Positions 20,200 to 31,038 of a DNA stretch of 64,000 bases are shown piece after piece. Position numbers and translations under genes: made by a program. How positions within the stretch are numbered: the first letter of the stretch is position 1; every line of letters begins with the position of its first letter. The notes beneath the pieces were generated by a model. It was not told where the DNA came from and searched no databases. It was given only the letters and a program-made list of their open reading frames with translations. This DNA comes from an uncultured Gammaproteobacteria bacterium (lineage in GTDB: Bacteria; Pseudomonadota; Gammaproteobacteria; CAWCPV01). The stretch lies in assembly GCA_963797555.1 (NCBI GenBank), contig CAWCPV010000009.1, forward strand, positions 96,001 to 160,000. The letters are read 5' to 3'.

Positions 20200-21301
20200 C
20201 TAATCCTTTCTTAAGTAAGGCCATATCAGACAGCGTAGCAGCAATGCGGATGCATGAAAAAGCCTTTGACGATTTCTGGCAGCTTCTGGAGCCGGCGCAA
20301 AGCACCGAGGAGTTTGCTCTTGAGATCCTCTTTGCTTTCCACCCGGCGCTTGGCGACGCGGGCTTTCACATGCCCCCAAACCTGTTCGTCGGGATTGAGT
20401 TGGGGCGAGTACGGGGGGAGGAAGAACAGCTTAAGGCGCCCGTTCTGTTCGCCGATGAAGTCCTGGATCAATCGTGCCTTGTGGATGGGATGGCCATCGA
20501 CGATGAGGAAGACCGGCCGGGTGGCGCCCACCAGCAGGCGCTTGAGGAATTCCTTGAACACCGCGGCGGTCACCGTCCCCTCGTGCACCATGAAGCGCAA
20601 GCCCCCGCGGGCGCTCACCGCCGAGAGCATGGCGAGCGAGAACCGCGCCCCGGTCACCGCGACCACCGGGGTCTTGCCCATCGGCGCCCAAGTGGTGCCG
20701 GCGTGGTAGTCGGAGCGCATCCCCGACTCATCCCCAAAGTAGATGGTCGCCCCCACGCGCTTGGCCTCGGCCTGGATGGCGGGAAATTGCTCTTTCTGCC
20801 AGCGCTCGACCAGCACCGGATCGCGCTGCCAGGCACGGTAGAGCGGCTTCTGGGCAGTGAATCCCAGCACCCGCATCACCCGCCTGACGGCGGAGTCCGA
20901 AAGGCGCTTGTTGAACCGCCGCTCGATCAACCTGCCGATGAGCGGCAGGGTCCACAGCGCAAACTCGAATCGGAACTGCTGCGGCGTGTGCTCGCGCACC
21001 GCCCCCGCCAGCCAGCGCATCTCCTCGGCGCCAAGCAGCGGCGGGCGGCCCGGGATCGGCTTGGCCAACAGCGCGTTCTGTCCCCCCGAGGCAAATGCCG
21101 AGAGCCAGCGAAACACGGTGCGAATGTTCAACCCGAAGGCCTGCGCTACGCTCTGTACCGTCTGTCCGTGACGCACCGCTTTCACGGCTTGCTGGCGCAG
21201 CACCTGCAGGCTCCTATGATCGAGCTTGCGCCCGTCCGATTCGCGCTTGCATTTCATGCCCCCATTGTACCAACATATGGCTTTACTTAAAATGGACTTA
21301 G
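20200..21301 (-). mobile_element. IS630-family insertion sequence, copy 1 (1102 bp)
   Basis: Imperfect IRs CTAATCCTTTCTTAAGTAAGGCCATAT / CTAAGTCCATTTTAAGTAAAGCCATAT; TA duplicated at a TTAA site. Confidence 0.95.
20226..21257 (-). CDS. IS630 transposase (343 aa)
   Basis: HTH, then FGDES, LIVDG and LPPYSPQLNPDEQVW DDE motifs. Confidence 0.95.
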   Translation of the reverse strand: MKCKRESDGRKLDHRSLQVLRQQAVKAVRHGQTVQSVAQAFGLNIRTVFRWLSAFASGGQNALLAKPIPGRPPLLGAEEMRWLAGAVREHTPQQFRFEFALWTLPLIGRLIERRFNKRLSDSAVRRVMRVLGFTAQKPLYRAWQRDPVLVERWQKEQFPAIQAEAKRVGATIYFGDESGMRSDYHAGTTWAPMGKTPVVAVTGARFSLAMLSAVSARGGLRFMVHEGTVTAAVFKEFLKRLLVGATRPVFLIVDGHPIHKARLIQDFIGEQNGRLKLFFLPPYSPQLNPDEQVWGHVKARVAKRRVESKEDLKSKLLGALRRLQKLPEIVKGFFMHPHCCYAV

Positions 21302-23854
21302 TAAGCGTTGCCCCAGCTCTGCCGGCTCGGAAGCTGAAGGCGCAGGGGCCTGCTGCCCCCAAGCCGTCACCAGCGCACCGCACAGCGCACCCCCTGCCAC
21401 TAACAGTCTCGAACACTTGGACATCGAGCTACCCTCCGATAACGGTCGTAAAACAACAACACAAACGGGCCCCCGTTTCCTTCATCTGTGGTTCACCACA
21501 TAGGGCGGTCGTTGAGCCACCGGCAAGTTTTTGATCACTGGGCCGCATTCCGAGGCGCTTGCTGCGATACACCGATCAAATCGATACGCAAAACAGCGTC
21601 ATCCGGCAAGCCCCTTAGAACGCTTTCAGCATTCTCCCGGCCCCTCACTCGATAGGTCGCGAACAAAGGGCGGGTCTGGAGCCCCTTCCGCTGCACACTC
21701 CCTTCCTGCAGGGCGATGCGTCCGAGTGCAGGCAAGTTAATCGGAACTGCTTCGATTTGTCCATTTTTTGACACCCGGATCCACCCGTCGTTATCTTGGT
21801 ACAGGTCCAGCGAAAGCTGGCCCGTCTCCCAGTCGATTGGGGACCGCCCCGGAACGATCGAAAATATGGCACCCACGAGACGGTGCTGAATTTCATCCGA
21901 CCTTACATTCCATACACAGTCGAGTGTTAGCGTGTTCCCGGGCTCGCTCTGAGGCGTGCAAGGACGATTGGTCTCATCTGTAGTGACATACGGTCGGACC
22001 CGGAAGCGCAATTCGCCATTCCGTCGAACGAGGTAACGTTCGATGTCCGACTTCGTTAGCTTAGGCCCAGGCTGGACATGGACCTGGGGATCCACTTGTA
22101 GCGGCACATTTTTGCAGGTATTTCTTAACAGATCCTTATCGATATTCTTGAAGTTTCTGCTACTGAGTACCAATATGTCGTTCTGCAACCCCTGGCACCA
22201 ACGAGCAGTCTCAGCCAGTAACGACCTCAACGCCTCTTTAACATCCGCCGCGTCGGGCGTGTTGTAACTGGGAGTCCAGGACAGGCAGTCCTCTCCGCCC
22301 GGCTTCTCGGAGTCCTGGCATACATGTTGGACAAGATAATAAGCTTCGAAAACCTGCCAGGCCTGCGCTAGTGTTGCGTTGGCCAGATCGAGATAGAAGT
22401 TCTTGACCTGCTCTGCGGCCTGCTTTTCTTGCTGGTCCCAGATGCGATAAGTCATGTTCCACCTCGCTACGCGATCCCCTGCCATTTGCTCCTCGAGGCC
22501 AGCATTCTCAACTGCCATCTGTGCACCCTTCCACTGCTCTTCCAGGGAGCGGACGCGGTTCTCCTGGGCCTGAATGTATGCCTCAACCTTCTTCAGTCCC
22601 ACTTGCTCGATTTTCACACGCAGCTGTGCCGTGAGCGAGGAGATGGCGACAGCCCGGACTGTTTGGGCCTCCGCCAACTGCACATTCGCGGCACCGCGCG
22701 TCTTGTAATCGGCAATCCGGGAACGAAGATCCTGTTTGGCTGCTTCCCACTTTGTTTCCGTCAGCTGTAGCTTCAGGTCCTGAATATTGCGCTCGGTTTT
22801 AGTTATCTCGGATTCGGCCTCCGTTAGCTGTTGCTCCAACCGGCCCTGAGTCTGGTCGAGGGCCTTATCAAACTCGCCCTTGTCGTCGATGTTGACCAAT
22901 GGCTGCACCACGCCTTCCAGGGCTCCCGGCTGGGTGAAGACCGCTAGCCGCGTCTGGGCGTTGGAGACGTTCGTCCTGATTTTCTCTAGGATGTCCCTGA
23001 CCTCCTTCGGAAGAGGCGCTGGCGGAAGCGCCTCCACGATGGTATCCGCCGTGGCTATGCCCTGGTTCAGGGCCTCCTGGAGTTGGGCGAGCGGGCGGCC
23101 TGCGGCCTCGGCCAGCTTGCTAAGCAGTTCCTGACGCTTTGAGGCTAAGGCCTGACCCAAGGTCTGCACATCAGCCTCGGGGACCTGCTTCCTGATTTCG
23201 TTGATCAAGGCCACCACATTGCGCTCGAAGCTTTCGCTTGTTTGGAACCAGGCAGGTGCGTCAGTCCACGAACCACTCAACATCTGCTGAAGTCCCAACG
23301 TCAGATCCGGCGAGCGCAGGAGGTTTTTGGCTGCCGTCTCGACTTCGGGACCCTGGTTCTTCAGCGCGCTTGTAGCCGCTGCGATAGCCGCATCCTTAGC
23401 TTGCTGTTGCAGCCTCGTCAGGTCCTCGGTCTTGAAGCTCCTGACGCCCAGTTTATTCATTAGATCGTGGATCGGCGACTGCTCTCCCCCGGTACTCCTC
23501 GTCAACCCCGTGGCCAGATAGGACACCCCCAGTTGCCAGGCCTGATGGCCTATGGCGCTCACTCCCGCGTTGTCGATCTTGATAGCGCCGACCACATTGT
23601 CTGTGAGCGGGTGGAGCTGCTTTGCCACATCGTTAAAGGAAGTCAGTACCGGAGCATCGAGATCCCTGACCGCAGAGTCCAGCCCCGAGCCCAACTTACC
23701 ACCGCTTGCCATATTGGCGGTATTGAACGCGTTCGTAAGCCCACCCAGGACATCGCCTCTCCCGATGGAATTGGCGCTGTTGATTGCGCCTTCGGCGATG
23801 GCTACGACATTTACACCCACGAAATACTGGGAGACCACGCCAGCAACGGACTTA

Positions 23855-24956
23855 CTAATCCTTTCTTAAGTAAGGCCATATCAGACAGCGTAGCAGCAAT
23901 GCGGATGCATGAAAAAGCCTTTGACGATTTCTGGCAGCTTCTGGAGCCGGCGCAAAGCACCGAGGAGTTTGCTCTTGAGATCCTCTTTGCTTTCCACCCG
24001 GCGCTTGGCGACGCGGGCTTTCACATGCCCCCAAACCTGTTCGTCGGGATTGAGTTGGGGCGAGTACGGGGGGAGGAAGAACAGCTTAAGGCGCCCGTTC
24101 TGTTCGCCGATGAAGTCCTGGATCAATCGTGCCTTGTGGATGGGATGGCCATCGACGATGAGGAAGACCGGCCGGGTGGCGCCCACCAGCAGGCGCTTGA
24201 GGAATTCCTTGAACACCGCGGCGGTCACCGTCCCCTCGTGCACCATGAAGCGCAAGCCCCCGCGGGCGCTCACCGCCGAGAGCATGGCGAGCGAGAACCG
24301 CGCCCCGGTCACCGCGACCACCGGGGTCTTGCCCATCGGCGCCCAAGTGGTGCCGGCGTGGTAGTCGGAGCGCATCCCCGACTCATCCCCAAAGTAGATG
24401 GTCGCCCCCACGCGCTTGGCCTCGGCCTGGATGGCGGGAAATTGCTCTTTCTGCCAGCGCTCGACCAGCACCGGATCGCGCTGCCAGGCACGGTAGAGCG
24501 GCTTCTGGGCAGTGAATCCCAGCACCCGCATCACCCGCCTGACGGCGGAGTCCGAAAGGCGCTTGTTGAACCGCCGCTCGATCAACCTGCCGATGAGCGG
24601 CAGGGTCCACAGCGCAAACTCGAATCGGAACTGCTGCGGCGTGTGCTCGCGCACCGCCCCCGCCAGCCAGCGCATCTCCTCGGCGCCAAGCAGCGGCGGG
24701 CGGCCCGGGATCGGCTTGGCCAACAGCGCGTTCTGTCCCCCCGAGGCAAATGCCGAGAGCCAGCGAAACACGGTGCGAATGTTCAACCCGAAGGCCTGCG
24801 CTACGCTCTGTACCGTCTGTCCGTGACGCACCGCTTTCACGGCTTGCTGGCGCAGCACCTGCAGGCTCCTATGATCGAGCTTGCGCCCGTCCGATTCGCG
24901 CTTGCATTTCATGCCCCCATTGTACCAACATATGGCTTTACTTAAAATGGACTTAG
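23855..24956 (-). mobile_element. IS630-family insertion sequence, copy 2 (1102 bp)
   Basis: Appears identical to copy 1; TA duplication within CTTAAG. Confidence 0.95.
23881..24912 (-). CDS. IS630 transposase
   Basis: Same 343-aa protein as copy 1. Confidence 0.95.
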   Translation of the reverse strand: MKCKRESDGRKLDHRSLQVLRQQAVKAVRHGQTVQSVAQAFGLNIRTVFRWLSAFASGGQNALLAKPIPGRPPLLGAEEMRWLAGAVREHTPQQFRFEFALWTLPLIGRLIERRFNKRLSDSAVRRVMRVLGFTAQKPLYRAWQRDPVLVERWQKEQFPAIQAEAKRVGATIYFGDESGMRSDYHAGTTWAPMGKTPVVAVTGARFSLAMLSAVSARGGLRFMVHEGTVTAAVFKEFLKRLLVGATRPVFLIVDGHPIHKARLIQDFIGEQNGRLKLFFLPPYSPQLNPDEQVWGHVKARVAKRRVESKEDLKSKLLGALRRLQKLPEIVKGFFMHPHCCYAV

Positions 24957-27686
24957 TAAGTGCGTTGCCCAGCGAACCGAGAAAGCTGGACTTATGGCCT
25001 TCGTCCCACTGCTTCCGCGCATCGTTGATGACCTGAGGGAGTTTCGCGCGGCCGTCCTGGATCTGAATCTTCAGCTCCTGCACGGGGTTCTGTTGCTCAA
25101 GCTCCCGAATCTTACCTTGCATGTCCGCGAGCTGTTGCTGTAGCTGCTGCTGAACCCCCAACTCTTCGAGTTGACTGAAAGCCGCGGCGGCCCGTCGGTC
25201 CTCAATGGATGCCAAATGCCTGTACTCGGCGGCCTTCCGATTGTAATCCTGTTGCTGAACCTCTTTGTGCGCCACCTCCGCACGCAGCTGCTGCATCTTC
25301 TGTTCTTGACGCAATGCGCCCAACACAGACTTGCCTTCCTCGAGATCCCAGGATGCCGCGTGCGCCAACGCTACCGCGCGCTTATGCTCGATTTCCCGGC
25401 TCTGTTTCTCATCCTCGAGCGCCTTCCGCGCGAACTGTGACGCTTGGCTCGCATCCAGATGGTCGATGTAAGGCACATAGGATTTTTGCACATAACCCAA
25501 TAACTGCTCCACGTCGCTGCGTGGCCAACCCAGCGCGCCGCCGTAGTAGTCCTCACCGAAATTCAACTGGTTCAAACGCACCTGAATCTCGCGTTGGAAA
25601 TCGGCTCTCTCCAGCGCAAGCAGTCGCCCGAGCAGCCCGAGCTGATACGCAGGACTCGCTTGCTGGAAAAGCCACTGCGCTTGCAAATACAGGGTCAGAG
25701 CGCGGTCCGCGTCGCGCTTCTGCCGATCGTTCCATCCGTTTACGATGGAGCGCGGGCCTGCTTTGCGATACGCGATGTCTGCGGCCCAGATGTAGTAGCG
25801 CCCGAGCAGTTCTGCGAGGGCGGCGCGCTGGTCTTCGGGCAGAGAGGTCACAGACTTGACGTCACGTTTGGGCACCGGCGTACCGGCGTCCAGCAATGGG
25901 GTCCGAAGACCTTGGACCGTTCCGCCGGCGAAGTCGTAAAAACGCGTGCTTTCGTCTTTAAGGACCCTCTGATTGGTGAGATTGAAACGGCCCTGCTTGC
26001 CCTCTGATTCGGGATTGCACAGCCGGCAGACAAACCGGACATAAGCCCAAGGTAGCCACCCCTCAGGTAATCTTGAGGCGCGAAGCGTGGTCAAAGGCGC
26101 CTTTCCAGTCGACGACCCAGGCTGGAACCCAGTTCTGCGGCTCTGTTGCCCTCCATGTGGAGCACCCCCCAAGCAGCCTTACCCACTTCTGGTAATCGTC
26201 GGCCAGTGCATCGGTCGACCAATAGCTTTTGCCCTTAAGGAATTTAATAGCTTCGAGCAGCTCCTGTTCTTGACCGGTACACTCCGCGAGCCAGGTCTTC
26301 CAGTCAACGTCGACCTTGGGTGTTTCCAAACTCCATCGGTCGAACTCCCGGCTCCAGAGGTGCCTGAGCCATTCGAGGTGCGCTCTCAAAGCCTGCTTCC
26401 AGATCGCATGCTTTTCCTTGGCGAACTCGTCCTGTCCGTAGCCAATCGCGATACCCTTTTGGAGTGCTTCACGCTCAAGTCGCTGATCCTGATCGGGCCG
26501 CGTTAGAGACTCCAGCGTGTTGGCTTTGGCGAGTACGTCGAGTAGCTGCCGGCGATATTCCACATCCCAATTCTTGGGTTCCCAGGGCACTCGTCTCCCA
26601 TCGCTGCCCATCTTATTGGCCCGCTGTGGCAGCCAGGGCTGTCGCAGCGCGTAGAGAAAAGGTTCTATGTAGGCTTGAACGGGTACGGAGTTGACGCCAC
26701 CTCTTGCGATGAGAGTAGTCTGGTCCGAGAGAACGGCTCGCAACCGGTCGCCCAACCCGGTATGCTCGTAGCCGCGCTGGCAAGCCAATGCCTTGTAAGT
26801 GTTGGGGTCGACGGCTCGCTGTCTGGCGGCCTGCCTTTCAGAATAATCGGTGATTGCCAGCAGAACCGCGTCGACAGCAGGATCGTAGTCCCGTTTGACT
26901 CCGCAGGCAGATGGGTCTTCCGTCGCGGCGTACTCAGTTAGGGCGAGTCGGAACTTGTCCTCCACAGCGCATACCTGCAGCAGGGTTGCTAGCTGACTGA
27001 TGACAGCCACGTACCGGGTATGTTCTAGCCACTCCCGGTAGGCGTTGAGATCCGCCTCGCATCCCCGAGCGCCAAGGTAGGCAGCCACGACAAAGTCTCG
27101 CCCTTTGCCGTACCGGTGCTCGCTCATGATCTGTCGCGCATCGTCATCCAGTCGCTGCATGAAGGTCGGATTCGCAAGCGCACAAGCCTCGATGACTTCG
27201 CGGGCGGCATCAGCGGTTGCGGTGTAATCGTCACCGCCGGGCTTCATGAGAGCCTTCAATGCATCGAAGTTCTCTGAACCCTCGCATAGCTGTTTGCGGT
27301 GAGCCTGATCCGTGATGCTGATTAGGCCCCTAACGATAGAGGCGACAAGCTCCTGCTGCTTTTCTTCCTCCGGGCGCCCCACTGCGGTATCCAATACTCG
27401 CGGCAGAAAGGACAGCCACTGGGAGATCGTGAGGCTGGAGAATGGCGGCAAGTCGCTAGCTGTCACGCTGGCCCAGGGTTGACTCCAGCAGAGTGCGATC
27501 AAACCTATTGTCAAGCCCCGTTTGAGACGCCCCGGTTTTCTCACGGGTTTCGCTTTCGGGACGCAACCGGCGTCGGCCTCCGAGAGGCAAGGACTACACT
27601 GGCAGTGGCGGACCTGCAGATGAGCCACTACGGGGGCTTCAGGGGCGACGCCTATCATCGTTGAGACCTTCGATTCCATGCTGGCG

Positions 27687-28349
27687 TCACCGCTTTTTGA
27701 GGCAGTTGTCCTGAATGATGCGGCAGTACCCCATGAACAGAGAGCGATAGGCATCCGCTCGCTGGACTCCCTCATCTGCCAGATGTTTCTCGCGCTCCAG
27801 TTCATGCACCTTGTCGTCCAGCTTGTGGAGGAGGTCGGCGGTTTGCGCAGGGTTCTCGTTGTTGAGGAGGTTATTAATTTCATTGAGCGTGCTTACCGAG
27901 AAATAGATGGCCTGGAGGACACACGGAGGCCATTCGGGGCCCGCTAGACACACCCACAACATGGCCTTGCTCACGGACCATAGCGCCGGGCCGGCCGCTG
28001 TATTGACCCAGTTTGTGAGGTGACGCAGTCTAGCGTTCTGGAGGTCTTTGCGGACCTGCTGTAGCTGAGCACGAAGAGCACTGAGGTCTGGGGGTGCGGG
28101 CGGCACAGGCGTGCTGAGAAATAGCTTTTCGCGCAGCGTCTCCGCCTCCGCGCAGGACTTACCGCGTAGAGCTTGATAGGCCGTTTGTAGCTCAGGGCCG
28201 ACGCTGCCGAGGTCTACGATTGCCCTGCTCTCCACCTGAAAGCTACGCAGACACTCACTAGGCAGTTCCCCCGCAAGGGCGGCGGAGGTGGTCGCGATCA
28301 CCATTTCTGCAAGGACCAGCGGGACGCAACAGGGTCTTCTGCCAAGCAT
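27687..28349 (-). CDS. Hypothetical exported Cys-containing helical/coiled-coil protein
   Basis: Signal-like N-terminus (...TTSAALA-G), several Cys, central hydrophobic segment; abuts its neighbours in the operon. Confidence 0.6.
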   Translation of the reverse strand: MLGRRPCCVPLVLAEMVIATTSAALAGELPSECLRSFQVESRAIVDLGSVGPELQTAYQALRGKSCAEAETLREKLFLSTPVPPAPPDLSALRAQLQQVRKDLQNARLRHLTNWVNTAAGPALWSVSKAMLWVCLAGPEWPPCVLQAIYFSVSTLNEINNLLNNENPAQTADLLHKLDDKVHELEREKHLADEGVQRADAYRSLFMGYCRIIQDNCLKKR

Positions 28350-28687
28350 ATCGCGTAACACTCCTTCTCTTGGCGGTCTTTGTAATCCAGGAGCCGGCAC
28401 AGTTCCACCTCAATGTTGCTGCATTGCACCCAAAACCCACGCGAGGGATGAACCGTATTTGTCAGGTAGCTGCATTCATACGTATCCAGAAGCTTGCCCA
28501 GCGGCCCTTTGAGGCACGCAAGCAACTGTTCGGACTGCGGCTTGACGAGTTTATAGAGTTCGACGCTCAGCATCCGACAGTCTTCGTATGTCGGGTCTAT
28601 GGGGCTTTGCGGCAGCGCCCACACGCTCGCTGCGGTGCTCAACCCCAAACAGGTCAGTGTTACGGTGAGGTTGCGAGGCTCAGCCAC
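28298..28687 (-). CDS. Hypothetical small exported Cys-rich protein
   Basis: GTG start 3 nt after the upstream stop; signal peptide ending ASVWA; seven Cys in the mature part. Confidence 0.6.
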   Translation of the reverse strand: MAEPRNLTVTLTCLGLSTAASVWALPQSPIDPTYEDCRMLSVELYKLVKPQSEQLLACLKGPLGKLLDTYECSYLTNTVHPSRGFWVQCSNIEVELCRLLDYKDRQEKECYAICLAEDPVASRWSLQKW

Positions 28688-28689
28688 GG

Positions 28690-29571
28690 TCAGCTCTCGT
28701 GCTGAGCCCAGCAGGCGATTCCCACAGCCGCCTCCTTGTTGGCCACATAGCCCATGTAGAACAAGACATACGCTTTGGCACAGGAGCCCATGATGTTTCC
28801 ACCCGGTTCGAATTTATAGGTCCCGTTCTGCAGTGTCGAAATGACCTGATCAGGGTTGTCGGCAGAGCGTCGAATGCATACCTCCATCTCGGGGGCGCGT
28901 TGCTCATCGGCTTTAGCCTGTTCAAATGCGGCCTGCGCGGCGGTGGCCGTGGTGTAGCCCTGGGCAAGAAGCGTGCGGAAGCCTTCGCGAAGATCGGTTT
29001 CGAGTATCAGCGAGCGGGCCTTCTGGAGGTCCGCGTCCGGGTACTCCGGTAGCCTGGACGCAAGGTAGGCAAGGGTGCGAGGGCATGGACCTGCTGTGGC
29101 GCCCACGGATCGGGGTGGGTCCGCAGCTTCAGCGCTAGACACGCCTAACGCCTCGCTGGTGTTAGAGGCGAGAATGGTGCGGTGCGAGCCCGAAACTTGA
29201 GCCAGAGTGGTGCCTCCTCCAACGGTCGCGGTGGACACCGGAGACATGGTGGACCCGCCCCTGGCCTGAGCGATCTGAGAAACGCCTCTATTTACCGTTG
29301 CAATATAGCTCTCCTGTTGCTCTGGTGTCTGTTCGCACAGCGGACAGAACCCCTCGTATTTGACCCCTTTGCCTTCTACGGCGTCAGAGACCGTCCCCAT
29401 CAACCCTGGGTGCCACATCCCGAGGGTACCCACCATAACGACACCGTCGACCAAGGCGAAGGGGAGGGAGGCGGCGGTCGCTAAGCCTTCTCGTGGGCTC
29501 GCACACCCGAAAAGCTGCCCGCCAGCAGAGAGAACGAGCGCAACTTGCACAAGTGCTTTGGACATGCTCAT
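28690..29571 (-). CDS. Hypothetical lipoprotein
   Basis: GGAGGAG RBS; MSMSKALVQVALVLSAGGQLFG-C lipobox-like; Ser/Thr/Gly linker; Cys-containing C-terminal helical domain. Confidence 0.65.
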   Translation of the reverse strand: MSMSKALVQVALVLSAGGQLFGCASPREGLATAASLPFALVDGVVMVGTLGMWHPGLMGTVSDAVEGKGVKYEGFCPLCEQTPEQQESYIATVNRGVSQIAQARGGSTMSPVSTATVGGGTTLAQVSGSHRTILASNTSEALGVSSAEAADPPRSVGATAGPCPRTLAYLASRLPEYPDADLQKARSLILETDLREGFRTLLAQGYTTATAAQAAFEQAKADEQRAPEMEVCIRRSADNPDQVISTLQNGTYKFEPGGNIMGSCAKAYVLFYMGYVANKEAAVGIACWAQHES

Positions 29572-29679
29572 TACCGGCTCCTCCCGAGATCCTCCGATAT
29601 GCCCGCGTTCAACTGGGGCGGCCAACGTGGGTTGCGCGGACCGCAATTCAACCTACGCAACTGGTCTCTGTCGCCAGCG

Positions 29680-30429
29680 TCATGGCGTGAGGTTATTGAC
29701 GGTGCTGCACCCTGCGCCCTGCAAGGACAGGTTGGTGCCATTCAATGTCGCGGTGTTACCGATCAGGTTGCTCGCGCAGGTAGCATATATGCCGAAATTT
29801 GTATTACCCAAAGCGGTATTGTTGACAACTGTGCTGCCATTTCCTACATATATGCCGATATTGCCGTTCAGGTCGGCCGTGTTACCAGTGATGGTAGAAC
29901 CAACGTTGACCACGATCCCGCTATGGGTGTTGTAATTCGACGTATTGCCGGTCACAACGCAACGGGACCCGACGTTCATGCCGTCACCATTCTGATAAAA
30001 GAGGCTGTCCTTGACGATACACAGGTCGTTGGCGCCGACGCCGATGTTGCTGTTACCGACCAGGTTCATCCGTTCGACCATTACCTGGATACCGTTAACG
30101 CCGAAGTCGATCCCTGTCTCGAAATTGGTGATCGTTCCATTTCTGACAGTAATACCCGTGCGGACAGCCCCGTCACTCCTGATCGCACTCCCCGTTCCGT
30201 TGCCAAAGATCGTGAAGCCGTTGAGATCGATGGAAACGAAGTCGGCCGCCAACACAAGACAATCACCTGAGGCGTTAAGGTTGCCGGTTAGCGCATAGGA
30301 CCCGGACTGACCGATCGTCCTACACTTGCCGAGCCCGCCGGCCGATGCCGCGGCAAGGCCGTCCGTGGCATGAAATCCCAGGCTCACTGCGAGCACCGCA
30401 CCTGCAATCAGGGACTTTTGTTTCTTCAT
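29680..30429 (-). CDS. Secreted right-handed parallel beta-helix protein
   Basis: Signal peptide; GSYALTGNL, SIDLNGFTI, ITVRNGTI and repeated (V/I)xGNTAxxNxxxGI. Confidence 0.85.
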   Translation of the reverse strand: MKKQKSLIAGAVLAVSLGFHATDGLAAASAGGLGKCRTIGQSGSYALTGNLNASGDCLVLAADFVSIDLNGFTIFGNGTGSAIRSDGAVRTGITVRNGTITNFETGIDFGVNGIQVMVERMNLVGNSNIGVGANDLCIVKDSLFYQNGDGMNVGSRCVVTGNTSNYNTHSGIVVNVGSTITGNTADLNGNIGIYVGNGSTVVNNTALGNTNFGIYATCASNLIGNTATLNGTNLSLQGAGCSTVNNLTP

Positions 30430-31038
30430 GGCTCTCTTTCTCCTGCTCACTAACTGCCCGAATTAACCCACCTTCAAGCCCAGCCAGCATCCGGAATCAG
30501 AGTCCGCCGGGTGCCCAAGCATCACCGCCGGGCAGGATTATGGAAGCCGGGAGGTAGCCGCGTCATCATCCATTTGGGTGATGACAGGAGGCGATTCCCA
30601 GAATCGCCCCAATGCATGACGACCCGTCGTTCCGCGAATAAGTGGGCAGGATTCGAGAGACGGAATGCAGAGACCTCGGAAGCCGGATCGCCGGGAGAGG
30701 CAGCTTCAGTCCGGCGCGATGGTCTGGAACGGCCCGGCGAGCAGCCGGCGCACCAGCTCGCTCTGCCGGCGCACGCCCACTTTCTGGAAGACGGATTGGA
30801 GCTGGGTGCGGATGGTATTGGGGCTGGTGCGCTGGTTTTTCGCGATCTGCTTGACGGTCATGCCATTGGCCACGGCGACCGCCACCCGGGCCTCGGCCAG
30901 GGTGAGACCGTAGACGACGGCGAGTGCTTCGGAAGACAGCGGGTGGCTGTGGTGCGGGTCGCACAGCAGCACGGCGGCGGGGATGCGCTCGTTCTCGCGT
31001 CCCCCCAGCATCCCGCCGCCCCGGACCGCAACGCCTAG

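Larger units (their letters stand above)
19679..21424 (-). pseudogene. Signal-peptide-bearing phage/eCIS tail-collar (tail fibre)-like protein interrupted by IS630
   Basis: Removing the IS and one TA restores the frame: MSKCSRLLVAGGALCGALVTAWG-QQAP...GQRLSALQEQVQRL...VPVGTVVDWY...PEGFQVCDG...TPNLVDRFVMG...HTH...DNRPQYFGLLKLMRVK; GGAGG RBS. Confidence 0.75.
21535..27679 (-). pseudogene. Giant exported coiled-coil protein with Tc-toxin-A-like C-terminal architecture; split by IS630 copy 2 and a frame break near 26060
   Basis: IS removal restores FLGSLGNAL-KSVAGVVSQYF in frame. Long coiled coils bracket a Gly/Ala-rich hydrophobic segment; N-terminal basic+hydrophobic signal-like stretch. Could be two genes at the 26060 break. 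Confidence 0.55.
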
